Assembly (NCBI GenBank): GCA_963665095.1
Contig: OY762069.1
Location: forward strand, 2,368,001 to 2,432,000
Source of the DNA: an uncultured Desulfobacter sp.
GTDB lineage: Bacteria; Desulfobacterota; Desulfobacteria; Desulfobacterales; Desulfobacteraceae
Length of the DNA: 64,000 nucleotides
Direction of reading: 5' to 3'
The notes under the pieces were generated by a model. That model made no database searches, was not told the origin of the DNA, and worked only from the letters and a program-made list of their open reading frames with translations. Numbering within the stretch: the first letter of the stretch is position 1; every line of letters begins with the position of its first letter. A program made the position numbers and the translations under genes. Below, one piece after another: positions 9,919 through 20,422 of the stretch.

Positions 9919-12389
9919 AGCGCTATACTGCCGACCCTTTTCAATACGCATCCGCGCATCACCCATTGCGCATGAGGTTGTTATTTGTTTTGATTCTGGT
10001 GCTGATCCCGTTATTCTCATCGGCATACGCACAGATAGAGGACCCGGATTCCGCCGATACAGAAACGGCCCGGTCTTATTTGAACTGTGCCAGGCAGAAT
10101 CTGGAGTATGGCCATTATGATCAGGCCATCATAAATGCTCAAAAGGTATTGGATCTCAGCAAACAGGCAAGCCTGCAAAAACAACAGATAGTTGCGTTAA
10201 TATTGACCGGTGAGAGCTATATCGCAAATGGTCAGTACCAGAAAGCAATTCATAATCTGCAAGAAGCACTCAGGCTCAATGAATCCACTTTTCCCAATGA
10301 AGATAATGATTATACCATGCTGATATCTGATGGTTTGGGAAAAGCCTGTCAACTTCTGAATGAATTTGAGACGGCCCTTTCCTGGTTTCAAAAAAGTATT
10401 TATTTCGCAGAAAAAACGGACAATCCGGCCCATCTGGCAACAAGCTGTAACAACCTCGGACGACTATACGCTGAAAACAAATATGTCAAAAAAGCATTGG
10501 AATATTATCAAAAAAGTGCGGAGATATTTAATTCCAGCGGCAAACCAGAGCAGGCTTATCAAGCATATTTAAATATAATCAAATTGGTGCTTGATCAGGA
10601 ACAATCCCATGATACCCTGGCTAATCCGCCAGCGTATGCAACCAGAGCACTCATTGAAACAAAGGAACCTGAGCAGGAAAAAATCAGTATTAACACAATT
10701 GACGATTTTGAAGGTCTCTTTGACAAAATATTTGATCTGATACAAAAAAATAATGATTCCATTCAAACCGGATATGCATATATCTCGAATGCGCAAATTG
10801 CCTATCAACTGTACCGGCATCCTGTTTTTAAACATTCCGGCAAGGCTGACATGCTGAAACGAACCTACGACAGTCTGATTATGGCCGGCAAAATGGCCGA
10901 CACCATTAATAATTCCAGATTAAAATCCTATGCCCTGGGATATCTGGCCCGGCTCTATGAGGATAGCAAACGCGTTGAAGAGGCAGTAGCATTAACAAAT
11001 CAGGCAATTTATCATGCCCAGGAGAGTGATGCCACAGAACTCCTGTTTCGCTGGGAGGGCCAGCTTGGCCGCTTATTGCAAATTAATCAAAATAAGGATC
11101 AGGCTGTTTCTGCTTATCAGCGGGCCCTGTTTTACCTGGATACATTCCGGGAAGATTTAATCAGTGACTGCCGCCGCCGGCCAACCATATCATTTAGAAA
11201 TCATGTGGGGCCGATCTATTTTGGTTTATCAGACCTGCTGTTACAAAAAGCAGCCATGGAAAATGATACGCAAAAAAAGCATGAATACCTGATGAAGGCG
11301 CGTCGGATCATAGAACAGTTAAAGCAGATGGAACTACAGGACTTATTCCAGGATCAATGCATTGTAACCCTTCAAAACCAGGAAACATCCATCGAACAAA
11401 AATTAGACCACACCGCTGTCATTTATCCCATCATTCTGCGCCGGCGCATGGAAATTTTAATTACTTTTCCGGACGGTTTAAAGCAGCATACCATACCGGT
11501 TGATATGAAACTGTTAAATCAGAAAATCAACACGCTTCGCAGGGCACTGGAAGATCCTGGAAATTTCGAATTTAAGACGGTCTCTAAATACATTTATGAC
11601 CTCATTATCACGCCTGTTGAACAGGAACTGAACGTACAATCCATCCATACCTTAATTTTTGTACCGGATGGGTCGCTTCGGACGATTCCCATGGCGGCAT
11701 TGTATGATGGGCAGTCATTTTTAGTTGATAAATTTGCAGTTGTTGTCTCACCGGGTATGAATTTGACAGAACCACGCCCAATAGACAGTGCCAATCTGAA
11801 TCTGCTGCTGGCTGGCATTTCTGAATCGGTAAGGGGATTACCTGCCCTTCCCGGTGTTGCAGCCGAATTAAAGGAGATCCAGAAACTGTTTGATTGTGAT
11901 CTCTTAATGGATAAAACATTTCAGCTTGAGACAATCGAACACAAACTTCGAACCACACCCTATTCCGTCGTACATATAGCGTCACACGGCCAATTTAATC
12001 GTGATCCGAAAAAAACATTTCTACTGGCGTATGATAAGAATCTAACTATCGATAAACTAGAGGATTTAATGGCCTTGAGCAATTACCGGAAGACACCTGT
12101 GGAATTATTAACCCTTAGTGCCTGCCAGACTGCGGCGGGAGATGAACTCGCCGCTTTGGGCCTGGCGGGCGTTGCCTTAAAATCCGGGGCCAGAAGTGCG
12201 ATTGCATCTCTATGGTCGGTGAATGACCGGGCAACAGCCAAACTGGTGACCGGCTTTTATAAAAATTTAAAAACCGGCCGGTACTCCAAAGCAACGGCCC
12301 TGCAAAAGGCACAACAGGACCTGATTAAACAGGGTTTCAGTCATCCCTCACACTGGGCTCCTTTCTTATTAATCGGAAATTGGCTCTGA
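9915..12389 (+). CDS. Exported TPR + CHAT-domain (caspase-like) protease
   Basis: Hydrophobic signal LLFVLILVLIPLFSSAYA; TPR repeats; CHAT motifs IFVPDGSL, VHIASHG (His), LTLSACQTA (Cys), SLWSVND, HWAPFLLIGNW. ATGA overlap with tpsA. Confidence 0.92.
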   Translation: MKRYTADPFQYASAHHPLRMRLLFVLILVLIPLFSSAYAQIEDPDSADTETARSYLNCARQNLEYGHYDQAIINAQKVLDLSKQASLQKQQIVALILTGESYIANGQYQKAIHNLQEALRLNESTFPNEDNDYTMLISDGLGKACQLLNEFETALSWFQKSIYFAEKTDNPAHLATSCNNLGRLYAENKYVKKALEYYQKSAEIFNSSGKPEQAYQAYLNIIKLVLDQEQSHDTLANPPAYATRALIETKEPEQEKISINTIDDFEGLFDKIFDLIQKNNDSIQTGYAYISNAQIAYQLYRHPVFKHSGKADMLKRTYDSLIMAGKMADTINNSRLKSYALGYLARLYEDSKRVEEAVALTNQAIYHAQESDATELLFRWEGQLGRLLQINQNKDQAVSAYQRALFYLDTFREDLISDCRRRPTISFRNHVGPIYFGLSDLLLQKAAMENDTQKKHEYLMKARRIIEQLKQMELQDLFQDQCIVTLQNQETSIEQKLDHTAVIYPIILRRRMEILITFPDGLKQHTIPVDMKLLNQKINTLRRALEDPGNFEFKTVSKYIYDLIITPVEQELNVQSIHTLIFVPDGSLRTIPMAALYDGQSFLVDKFAVVVSPGMNLTEPRPIDSANLNLLLAGISESVRGLPALPGVAAELKEIQKLFDCDLLMDKTFQLETIEHKLRTTPYSVVHIASHGQFNRDPKKTFLLAYDKNLTIDKLEDLMALSNYRKTPVELLTLSACQTAAGDELAALGLAGVALKSGARSAIASLWSVNDRATAKLVTGFYKNLKTGRYSKATALQKAQQDLIKQGFSHPSHWAPFLLIGNWL

Positions 12390-12418
12390 ACAGATAAAGA
12401 AAAATAATAAAAAAATTT

Positions 12419-14176
12419 ATGGCAAAGCTGACATATACAACCGTTTACCTGATTGCCTTTTTTTTCATATCACTCAACTTTTGTCTTGCCCGGGATCCCG
12501 CCCCGCAAGGAATCCGAAGAACTGAAGCGAAATCATTTGATTTTCCTGGAAAGAAACTCATGGGGGAACCTGAGTTTGGCACAGGAGATGAAGACCCGGT
12601 CCCGGGATTTGAACTGCCGGCGGTTGACATCCCGAAAACAGACCCTGAAAAAGAACAAAACATATCTAAAACACTTTTTATTTATGTTGATTCCTATCAA
12701 TTTGAAGGCAATACTGTCATCTCTGACAAGGAGTTAACCGCCACAGCCCGGCCCTATACAAAACGTAAAGTCAGTAATGCTGAATTACAGGAACTGCGAA
12801 ATCTGCTGACCCGGCTATACATTGACAAAGGATATATCACATCAGGGGCCACCCTGCCGGATCAGAAAATTACAAATGGTATTATCAGATTTCAACTCAT
12901 TGAAGGAAAAATCAGCCAAATTACAATTGACGGCAATAAATATCTAACAGATGGATATATTACCAAACGGCTGGAACTGGGTTCGAGCCCCCCTTTGCAT
13001 GTGCCGTCACTCCAACAGCAAATTCAGCTACTTCATCAAAATCCACGTCTTCATAAGCTTGATGTCTGTATTAAGCCCGGCCTCAGACCCGGTTTCAATG
13101 AATTAACGGCCAATATTTATGAAGCAAAACCCTATAATTACGGATTCATTTTTAATAACCACCGTTCCTCCGATATAGGTTCCTACCAGGGTGAAATCTT
13201 TGGTGAGTATCACAGCCTTACCGGATGGGGTGATACCATTGGTGTGAAAGTAGGCCGGACTGAAGGATTGAAGAATTATTCGGCCTATTTCCAAATACCG
13301 GTTACCCCTAAAGATACGCAATTAGAACTGCAATATGAACAAAATGATGCCCGTATGGTTGAAGCGCCTTTTGATGAAATTGATATTGAAAGTGAATCAA
13401 AAACTATTCATGCATCTTTGAAACATCCGTTAATAAAGACCCTCCACACGGAATTTGCCATTGGTTTAATTTTTGAACACCGCCGTAGCCGGACGTATTT
13501 AATGGGGGAGCCTTATTCTTTTTCACTGGGTGCTGAGAATGGTGAAAGCGTAGGATCTCCTTTTCGCATAGCCTTTGACTACCGCCGGCAGGATCGAAAT
13601 CAAGTCGTTGCTTTACTGTCAACTTTCAGTTTTGGCACGAAGTGGTTTAATGCAACACAGCATGATGATTTGCCGGACAGTGATTTTTTTTCCTGGCTGG
13701 GTCAGTTTCAATGGGCAAAACGCTTTGAAAATCTAAGAAATACCCAGCTAATTTTTCGAGCCAACTGTCAGTTAACCGAAGACGAACTGCTTCCCATGGA
13801 AAAATTTTCTGTCGGCGGCGTAGACAGCGTGCGGGGATATCAGGAAAATCAACTGGTCCGTGATCAGGGTGCAACCACCTCACTGGAGATGCGGATTCCA
13901 ATCATTCGGGTCAAAATCCCCAATGTCAGTAAATCATTATCCGACGGGGTCATTCACGGGGCTTTATTTTATGATCTGGGCTGGGCTGATCACAAATCCA
14001 AAACAGATTCTGAAAGCGAAGAAGTTATTCACAGCACAGGAGTTGGCTTACGATGGGCACCATCTGCAAACATACAGGCGCAGGTATATTGGGGCTATGC
14101 GCTTAAGGATCTGGAATCTTCCTCCAATGATTCTCAAAATTCCCGTATCCATTTTCAAATCAGCTGTATTTATTGA
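12419..14176 (+). CDS. ShlB/FhaC/HecB family two-partner secretion translocator (TpsB)
   Basis: POTRA region (FEGNTVISD, YIDKGYITSGA); loop-6 motif SVRGY; aromatic C-terminal beta-strand FQISCIY. Confidence 0.92.
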   Translation: MAKLTYTTVYLIAFFFISLNFCLARDPAPQGIRRTEAKSFDFPGKKLMGEPEFGTGDEDPVPGFELPAVDIPKTDPEKEQNISKTLFIYVDSYQFEGNTVISDKELTATARPYTKRKVSNAELQELRNLLTRLYIDKGYITSGATLPDQKITNGIIRFQLIEGKISQITIDGNKYLTDGYITKRLELGSSPPLHVPSLQQQIQLLHQNPRLHKLDVCIKPGLRPGFNELTANIYEAKPYNYGFIFNNHRSSDIGSYQGEIFGEYHSLTGWGDTIGVKVGRTEGLKNYSAYFQIPVTPKDTQLELQYEQNDARMVEAPFDEIDIESESKTIHASLKHPLIKTLHTEFAIGLIFEHRRSRTYLMGEPYSFSLGAENGESVGSPFRIAFDYRRQDRNQVVALLSTFSFGTKWFNATQHDDLPDSDFFSWLGQFQWAKRFENLRNTQLIFRANCQLTEDELLPMEKFSVGGVDSVRGYQENQLVRDQGATTSLEMRIPIIRVKIPNVSKSLSDGVIHGALFYDLGWADHKSKTDSESEEVIHSTGVGLRWAPSANIQAQVYWGYALKDLESSSNDSQNSRIHFQISCIY

Positions 14177-14533
14177 TCCACATTTTTATGGAGCAGTTTC
14201 ACCCATCAACCCCAATTTCAATATGGCTGAGAGTAACGACACGATTAAATTTAATCGCAGGTTTTGAAATCTGACATTTTATTTAAAAATTTTTCCCTTT
14301 TTTACTATTCGTATTTGATTCGAAATTTTTTAGGACAGTATAAAGGATATATTATATGCCTTATCTTTTTTACGGCTTTACCTGAGGGTACGGTGGAACA
14401 GGAGAAATAAGTATCCGGGACCACCCCTGTGATTATCAGTGTTCTATTTTTTGTCCACTGACAGATGGATATTTCTTCATTTAGAATCCGGATGTTGAGA
14501 GCGCCTGTTTTGCAAATGTCCCCCCAAAACAGA

Positions 14534-15880
14534 TCACTGATTCCCATACACCACCTGGGGCAACCAGGATATAATCTGCGGGAAAGAGGCAATTATTACA
14601 AGGCCTATTATCTGAATCACCACAAACGGGATAATACCTTTATACAGGTCAACCGTTCTCACCTCGGGCGGACAGACCCCTTTAAGAAAAAACAGGGACG
14701 GACCAAAGGGCGGTGTCATGAATGATGTCTGCAGATTTACGGCAAAAAGTATCCCGAACCATAAGGGATCAAACCCGTAGTCAACCACAATGGGGGTGAT
14801 GATGGGAATATGAATATAGGTAATCTCGATAAAATCCAGGAAAAATCCAAGAATAAAAATAAACACCATGACCATGGTGACAAGCTGCCAGTCCGCAAGA
14901 TGCATGGAGTCGATAAAATCGCGAAGCAGATCATCCCCGCCAAGACCCCGGAACACCAGCGCGAAACAGCTTGCCCCAAGGATAATGATAAACACCATGC
15001 AGGTCATACGGATGGTGCCTTTGGCCACGTCATGCAACAGTACCAGGGAAAACCGGCGGTTGAACATGGTCAGGACCAGGGCGCCCACCGCGCCCATGGC
15101 ACCGGACTCCGTGGGGGTGGCAATACCTGCAAAAATGCTTCCCAGCACGGATATGATCAAAAACAGAGGCGGCACCAGGGCCTTTGCCGCCCTGATCAGC
15201 AGGTCCGCATCTATCCCGCCCTGTCTTGCCCGGGTGGCAGGCACATGCTTGGTGGAGACAAACGATGCCAGATATAAAAACAGGCTGTACAGGATCACCA
15301 GCACAAGTCCGGGGATGACAGCCCCCATGAACATGTCCCCAATGGGCACCTCCATGACCGGGCCCAGCAGCAGCAGAACAATACTTGGCGGAATGATCTG
15401 CCCCAGGGTGCCGGATGCGGCCACCGTCCCTGCAGCAAGGGGTTTTGAATACCCGTGCTTAAGCATGGTGGGAAGAGACATCAGCCCCATGGTGACAACT
15501 GTGGCACCCACAATGCCGGTGGATGCGCCCAGAAGTGCCCCCACCACAATAACGGAAATACCCAGCCCGCCCCGGACAGGGCTGAACAGCTCCTCCATGG
15601 TTTCAAGAAGATCCCGGGCCAGGCCTGATCGTTCAAGGGCCAGGCCCATGAAAACAAACAATGGCACGGCCATGAGCATAGTATTGGTCATCACCCCCCA
15701 CATGCGCAGGGGCAGCAGATCAAAAAAGCTGGGGGGCAGACCTATGAGCCCGAACAGAAACGATGTCCCCATCATGGTAAAGGTAACGGGAAACCCTGCC
15801 ATCAGCGCTACAGTCAGAACAAGAAACAGCCAGGCAGCAAGATAATCAGCAATCCAGAAAGGCAGGCAGTCTACGAGCAT
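14534..15880 (-). CDS. TRAP transporter large permease (DctM family)
   Basis: AVPLFVFMG, GTLGQIIPPS, GIATPTES and QTSFMTPPFG motifs. Confidence 0.93.
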   Translation of the reverse strand: MLVDCLPFWIADYLAAWLFLVLTVALMAGFPVTFTMMGTSFLFGLIGLPPSFFDLLPLRMWGVMTNTMLMAVPLFVFMGLALERSGLARDLLETMEELFSPVRGGLGISVIVVGALLGASTGIVGATVVTMGLMSLPTMLKHGYSKPLAAGTVAASGTLGQIIPPSIVLLLLGPVMEVPIGDMFMGAVIPGLVLVILYSLFLYLASFVSTKHVPATRARQGGIDADLLIRAAKALVPPLFLIISVLGSIFAGIATPTESGAMGAVGALVLTMFNRRFSLVLLHDVAKGTIRMTCMVFIIILGASCFALVFRGLGGDDLLRDFIDSMHLADWQLVTMVMVFIFILGFFLDFIEITYIHIPIITPIVVDYGFDPLWFGILFAVNLQTSFMTPPFGPSLFFLKGVCPPEVRTVDLYKGIIPFVVIQIIGLVIIASFPQIISWLPQVVYGNQ

Positions 15881-16434
15881 GTCCCCTCCTCCTGTTTCAA
15901 AGCCGGTACCTTATCATCCGGGGCAAAAAGGACCAGCGCACTTTTAGCGGCAAGTAAAAGGCCCTGAAACAGCATGAGAAAATACCCTGCCGGCAGGCAG
16001 GCCTTTATGAAAAACCGGGCCGGAATGCCGCCCGGATCAAGGGAGACCTCTTTGATCTCATAGGCGGTTATCACCCATGGAACAGCGGTCTTAAGCACCA
16101 GACAGCAGGAGGGAATCAAAAAGACGATCACCCCAAGAAGGTTGATGACCGCCCTTTTTTTAGGCCCCAGCACTGAATAGAGAACATCCACCCTGACATG
16201 ACCGTCATAGAGCAGGGTAAATCCTGCACCAATCAGAAAGACAAAGGAAAAAAGGTGCCACTCAAGCTCGGCCATGCATACAAAACTTGTATTAAACAGG
16301 TAGCGCATGATCACATTGGAAAAAATTACAAGGATGAAGGCCACAACGGCAAAAGAGACAACCACATTGCCGATCCATTCATTGAGCTTATCACCTGCCG
16401 CAATCATTTTTCGTATTTTCACTGAGGCTGACAT
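15871..16434 (-). CDS. TRAP transporter small permease (DctQ family)
   Basis: Four TM segments; ELEWHL and GHVRVDV motifs; lies between dctP and dctM. Confidence 0.9.
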   Translation of the reverse strand: MSASVKIRKMIAAGDKLNEWIGNVVVSFAVVAFILVIFSNVIMRYLFNTSFVCMAELEWHLFSFVFLIGAGFTLLYDGHVRVDVLYSVLGPKKRAVINLLGVIVFLIPSCCLVLKTAVPWVITAYEIKEVSLDPGGIPARFFIKACLPAGYFLMLFQGLLLAAKSALVLFAPDDKVPALKQEEGTCS

Positions 16435-16455
16435 ATCTGTTGCTGTTTTTTACCT

Positions 16456-17541
16456 TTACGCCATTTTATTCCAGTATACTTTTTCGCTCATCTTACCCCA
16501 GGCCGCTGTTTTGGCCTGAAATGCCTTGTAATCCTTGTGAACCTTCAGGGCAAACGGATCCTTTGCCGCCTCCGCCTCAATAACGGCATTGGAGACCTCT
16601 TTGATTCTGGCGATAACATCATCCGGGTATACTCTCACGTCCACCCCGTGATCCTTGACAAGTTTCTCAAGGGCATCGCTGCTCTGGGCGTCGAACTGGG
16701 CAAGGGCCCTGATATTGGTGGCAGCAGCAGCCACGTCAAGAATGCGTCTCAGATGCGCGGGCAGCTCCTCATAGGCCTTTTTATTGAAAAACACTTCCAG
16801 GGTCGGACCCTGCTCATGCCATCCGGGGGTATAGTAATATTTTGCCACCTTGTACAGGCCTAACAGGATGTCATGCACGGGTCCGACAAACTCAGCCGCA
16901 TCCACCACCCCGCGTTCAAGGGAGGGAAAAATTTCAGCAGGCGGTGTCATGACGGTTGTTACGCCGAGCTCGGACAAAACGCGTCCAGCAATGGACCCGA
17001 TACGCATTTTAAGACCCTTGAAATCATCAATGGAGTTGATCTCCTTGCGAAACCAGCCGCCCATCTGCATGCCGGAATTTCCAATAAGCCGTGGTACAAG
17101 GTCAAACTGTCCGTAAAGCTCTTCCATCAATTTCATGCCGTTTCCTTCGTAGAACCAGGCATTGATACTCTGGGCATTCATGCCAAAGGGAATGGAGCCG
17201 AACCAGTTAAATGCCGTGGATTTACCGGCCCAGAAATAGGGAGATCCGGTACCCATCTGTACGGTACCCTTGGATGCGGCATCAAAGGCGCCAAAGGGCG
17301 GTACAAGTTCCCCGCCGCCGTAAAGCTTGATGTCAAGCTGACCGTCAGACATCTCTTTTACGTCCCTGCAGAAGTCCTTGACCGTATCAAACATGATCTT
17401 TACCTTGGGATTCCAGAAAGAGGTGGCCTGCCACCTGATTTTTTTTGTGGATGCAATCACGGCAGGGGCTTTAACGGTCATGGCTGCGGCTGCAGCAACC
17501 GTACCGGCACCGGCTTTTTTCAAAAACGCGCGTCTTTCCAT
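16456..17541 (-). CDS. TRAP substrate-binding protein (DctP; TakP/lactate-binding type), Tat-exported
   Basis: Tat signal MERRAFLKKAG after a GGAGAA RBS; QMGGWFRKEI, LERGVVDAAEF and PGWHE motifs. Confidence 0.9.
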   Translation of the reverse strand: MERRAFLKKAGAGTVAAAAAMTVKAPAVIASTKKIRWQATSFWNPKVKIMFDTVKDFCRDVKEMSDGQLDIKLYGGGELVPPFGAFDAASKGTVQMGTGSPYFWAGKSTAFNWFGSIPFGMNAQSINAWFYEGNGMKLMEELYGQFDLVPRLIGNSGMQMGGWFRKEINSIDDFKGLKMRIGSIAGRVLSELGVTTVMTPPAEIFPSLERGVVDAAEFVGPVHDILLGLYKVAKYYYTPGWHEQGPTLEVFFNKKAYEELPAHLRRILDVAAAATNIRALAQFDAQSSDALEKLVKDHGVDVRVYPDDVIARIKEVSNAVIEAEAAKDPFALKVHKDYKAFQAKTAAWGKMSEKVYWNKMA

Positions 17542-17584
17542 TTTGATTCTCCTTTTCTTAACTTTAAATTTGACTGCCAAACAG

Positions 17585-18853
17585 TTATTGAGCCCCTTGG
17601 GGCAGGGGCAGAATGTTTTCCGCATAGGGAATCACAAACCCTTTGCCTTCAAGGTTATTCACATATTCATCCAGGTCACGGGCATACCTGAAACCAAACT
17701 GTTTTGTCTGGTCTTCTGAAAAATCAGACACAAGGGTGATGGAAAATCGTTCCAAAAGGTCCGCCACCCGGAATGCCACATAACCGGGCATTGAAAAATC
17801 TCTGGCAAGTACCGCCCCAAGGTCGGCAGACCGCCCGTTGAACCGGGTTAAAGCCGTGCCGAACTCAGGGTTTCCCACACCTTCAAAGGCCCTGGCCGCA
17901 AACAAAATGCAGCCGCCCTCCTTTACTGCATGAACCGCATTAAAAAGGGCTTTTGTGGACTGATAGAGCTGCCCGTCAGTCCTGAATCCCCCTGCCGAGA
18001 TCAGGGCAAAATCAGCTTTATCCTTAATAGACACACAGCAGGCCTGGTTTAATGCCTGGCATCCCTGAAGAAAGGTGGCGGCCAGAGGGCCGGCCCCGGC
18101 GTAAAAAATATGGCCCTGGCCGTTGGCTGCCACCGCAGCATAGGTGCAGGTTTTATTCTTTAAGAACAGGGCTGCTGCCTGTTCCAGATCAAGATGAACC
18201 GGGTTGCCCGCCAGTTCCCCCTGGCGAACCTCCGGATGGGCCAGGCCGTTTTCCCGGAAAGCCAGGGCATGGTTGGCACGGATTGAATCATACCCGGCAA
18301 TGCCCGGCAAAATGTATTTGCGACCGCCCCCGAATCCGGCAATGAGATGATGAAGAATCCCGCCGAAAATAATAATATGGTCTGCATCCACCGCCTCTTT
18401 GGTGATCAGTACCTTTGTTCCCAGATCCGTGGTCCCCACTGGCACCAGCCGGTCGTTATCCTGATTTGCGGAGTTAAGAACGGTGATATGCTGTGCACAC
18501 CACTGGCCCACAAGTGCCGGGAAATCTTCCCGGGCCATGGGGGCATGGGTGCCAAGGGCAATGATGATGCAAATGGAAGATTTAGCAACACCGGCATCCA
18601 GAAGCGCGTTGACAATCACAGGGACATAGAGGTCGCCCCTTGCCCAGAGCCGTGTGTTATCAGGCACAATCACGGCCACCCGGTGCCGGGATACGTTCCG
18701 GGGCAGATGCTGGGTCACACCGTCACGGATTCGGTCCTCAACGATGCTTTGGTCAAGGCAGGGGACGGGATTGCCATTAAGGCTTGAAATGATTTTCTTT
18801 TCCGGCACATCCAGAACAATGCCTGTTCTGCCGTATTCCAGTTCTATTTTCAT
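17585..18853 (-). CDS. larA: Nickel-pincer-dependent lactate racemase family (LarA)
   Basis: PDNTR, ALGTH, HHLIAGFGGGRKYILPG, ANH and YQSTK match LarA active-site motifs. Substrate not established. Confidence 0.85.
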   Translation of the reverse strand: MKIELEYGRTGIVLDVPEKKIISSLNGNPVPCLDQSIVEDRIRDGVTQHLPRNVSRHRVAVIVPDNTRLWARGDLYVPVIVNALLDAGVAKSSICIIIALGTHAPMAREDFPALVGQWCAQHITVLNSANQDNDRLVPVGTTDLGTKVLITKEAVDADHIIIFGGILHHLIAGFGGGRKYILPGIAGYDSIRANHALAFRENGLAHPEVRQGELAGNPVHLDLEQAAALFLKNKTCTYAAVAANGQGHIFYAGAGPLAATFLQGCQALNQACCVSIKDKADFALISAGGFRTDGQLYQSTKALFNAVHAVKEGGCILFAARAFEGVGNPEFGTALTRFNGRSADLGAVLARDFSMPGYVAFRVADLLERFSITLVSDFSEDQTKQFGFRYARDLDEYVNNLEGKGFVIPYAENILPLPQGAQ

Positions 18854-18898
18854 TATTCCTTTCTTCCGTGGCGGCGTCTGTCTGGAAATGGCAGCCGT

Positions 18899-20284
18899 TT
18901 ATACAAATTTTCCCGGGTTCAGGATATTGTCAGGGTCCACGGCGTTTTTAATGATGCTGATAAACTCAATGGAGTCCTGGTCCATAATCAGGGGAAGAAA
19001 ATGGGGCTTGGCAAGGCCTATGCCGTGTTCGCCCGATATGGTGCCGTTGAGAGCAGCGGCAGCCGCCATTATTTCGTCATAGGCTTTTTCCACCCGGATC
19101 CACTGCTCCCTGTCTGCCTTGTCCGCAGGGATCATGGGATGCATATTGCCGTCACCGGCATGGGCGAGCACGCCCACGGTAAGGTTGTACCTGTTTACAA
19201 TCTCAACAATGGTCCGGGTCATTTCAGGAATTTTGCTTGCCGGCACCGTGATATCCTCGCTGAAAAGGTTGGGGGAGAGCTTTGCAAACACCCCGTAGAC
19301 AGATCGCCGTGCCTGCCACAGTTTTTCCCTTTGTTCCGGGGTCCTTGCCACATCAATATTTGTGGCCCCGTTGGCCTGGACCTTTTGGGTGATCTTTTCA
19401 ATCTCTTTCTCGCAGGCCTGCACCGCCCCGTCCACCTCAATAAGAAGGGTGCCCTCGGCATCAACCGGAAGCCCTATGCCTGCCTTGGCCTCAATGGTCT
19501 GCAAGGTGGTCTTGTCCATAAGTTCCATGGCTGCCGGCAGAATGCCCGCGCCGATGATGTCGGCCACTGACCGGGCTGTATTATCCAGGTTGTCAAAGGT
19601 AACAAGAAGGGTGAACACACTTTCAGGCAGGGGCAGCACCTTCAGAATCACCTGGGTGACAAGCCCCAGGGTTCCTTCAGCCCCGCAGAAAAGCCCGGAC
19701 AGCCTTGGGCCTGACACGCCATTGATAAGCCTGCTGCCCAGATGCATCACCTCTCCCGATGCCAGCACCACTTCCATGCCAAGGACATAATCGGCTGTGA
19801 CCCCATACTTAAGGCACCTGGGACCGCCGGCATTCTGTGCCACATTCCCGCCGATGGTGGAAACAGCCATGGAGCCGGGATCAGGCGGGTAAAAGAAACC
19901 TGAAGGTGCAAGAGCCTTTTGAAGGTCGGCATTGACCACGCCGGGCTCAACAACCACATACCTGTCCCTGGTATTGATCTCAAGAATCCGGTTCATCTTT
20001 GAAAAGCAGAGCACCACCCCGCCCCTGGCAGGAATGCTTGCCCCGCACACCGAGGTGCCGGCCCCCCTTGCGGTAACAGGGATACGGCACCGGGAACAAA
20101 CCGTCACAATGGCCGACACCTCATCCCGGGATACGGGAAAGAGAACAAGGTCAGGCATGGCCTCTTCAAAATAGGCGTCATAGGAGTAACATAAAAGTTT
20201 TTCAGGTGTATCAAAACACCTCTTTTCCCCCACAATCGCCTTTAAATCGGAAATTATTCCGGATTCCATCACGTTGAACATCAC
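18899..20284 (-). CDS. FAD-linked 2-hydroxyacid dehydrogenase (GlcD / D-lactate dehydrogenase type)
   Basis: ARGAGT, YPPDPGS, TIGGNVAQNAGG, HAGDGNMHP, SGEHGIG and LNPGK motifs. Confidence 0.92.
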   Translation of the reverse strand: MMFNVMESGIISDLKAIVGEKRCFDTPEKLLCYSYDAYFEEAMPDLVLFPVSRDEVSAIVTVCSRCRIPVTARGAGTSVCGASIPARGGVVLCFSKMNRILEINTRDRYVVVEPGVVNADLQKALAPSGFFYPPDPGSMAVSTIGGNVAQNAGGPRCLKYGVTADYVLGMEVVLASGEVMHLGSRLINGVSGPRLSGLFCGAEGTLGLVTQVILKVLPLPESVFTLLVTFDNLDNTARSVADIIGAGILPAAMELMDKTTLQTIEAKAGIGLPVDAEGTLLIEVDGAVQACEKEIEKITQKVQANGATNIDVARTPEQREKLWQARRSVYGVFAKLSPNLFSEDITVPASKIPEMTRTIVEIVNRYNLTVGVLAHAGDGNMHPMIPADKADREQWIRVEKAYDEIMAAAAALNGTISGEHGIGLAKPHFLPLIMDQDSIEFISIIKNAVDPDNILNPGKFV

Positions 20285-20422
20285 TTTCTTGTTTCTATTT
20301 AGAAAAACAAACCCAGAGATATAAGGAAGTGCCTGATTTTGTCAATGTAAATCCCGGCAGGAATACAGAATTATTTGTTAACACATACAATTATTCAGAT
20401 CGCATCACATAGATCCAATGCT

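Noticed and set aside
14810..15845. Long + strand ORFs (325 aa and 155 aa) over dctM
   Set aside because: Antisense shadows of a well-supported gene with no motifs. The same applies to 16873-17691, 38686-39528, 60865-61821 and similar ORFs.
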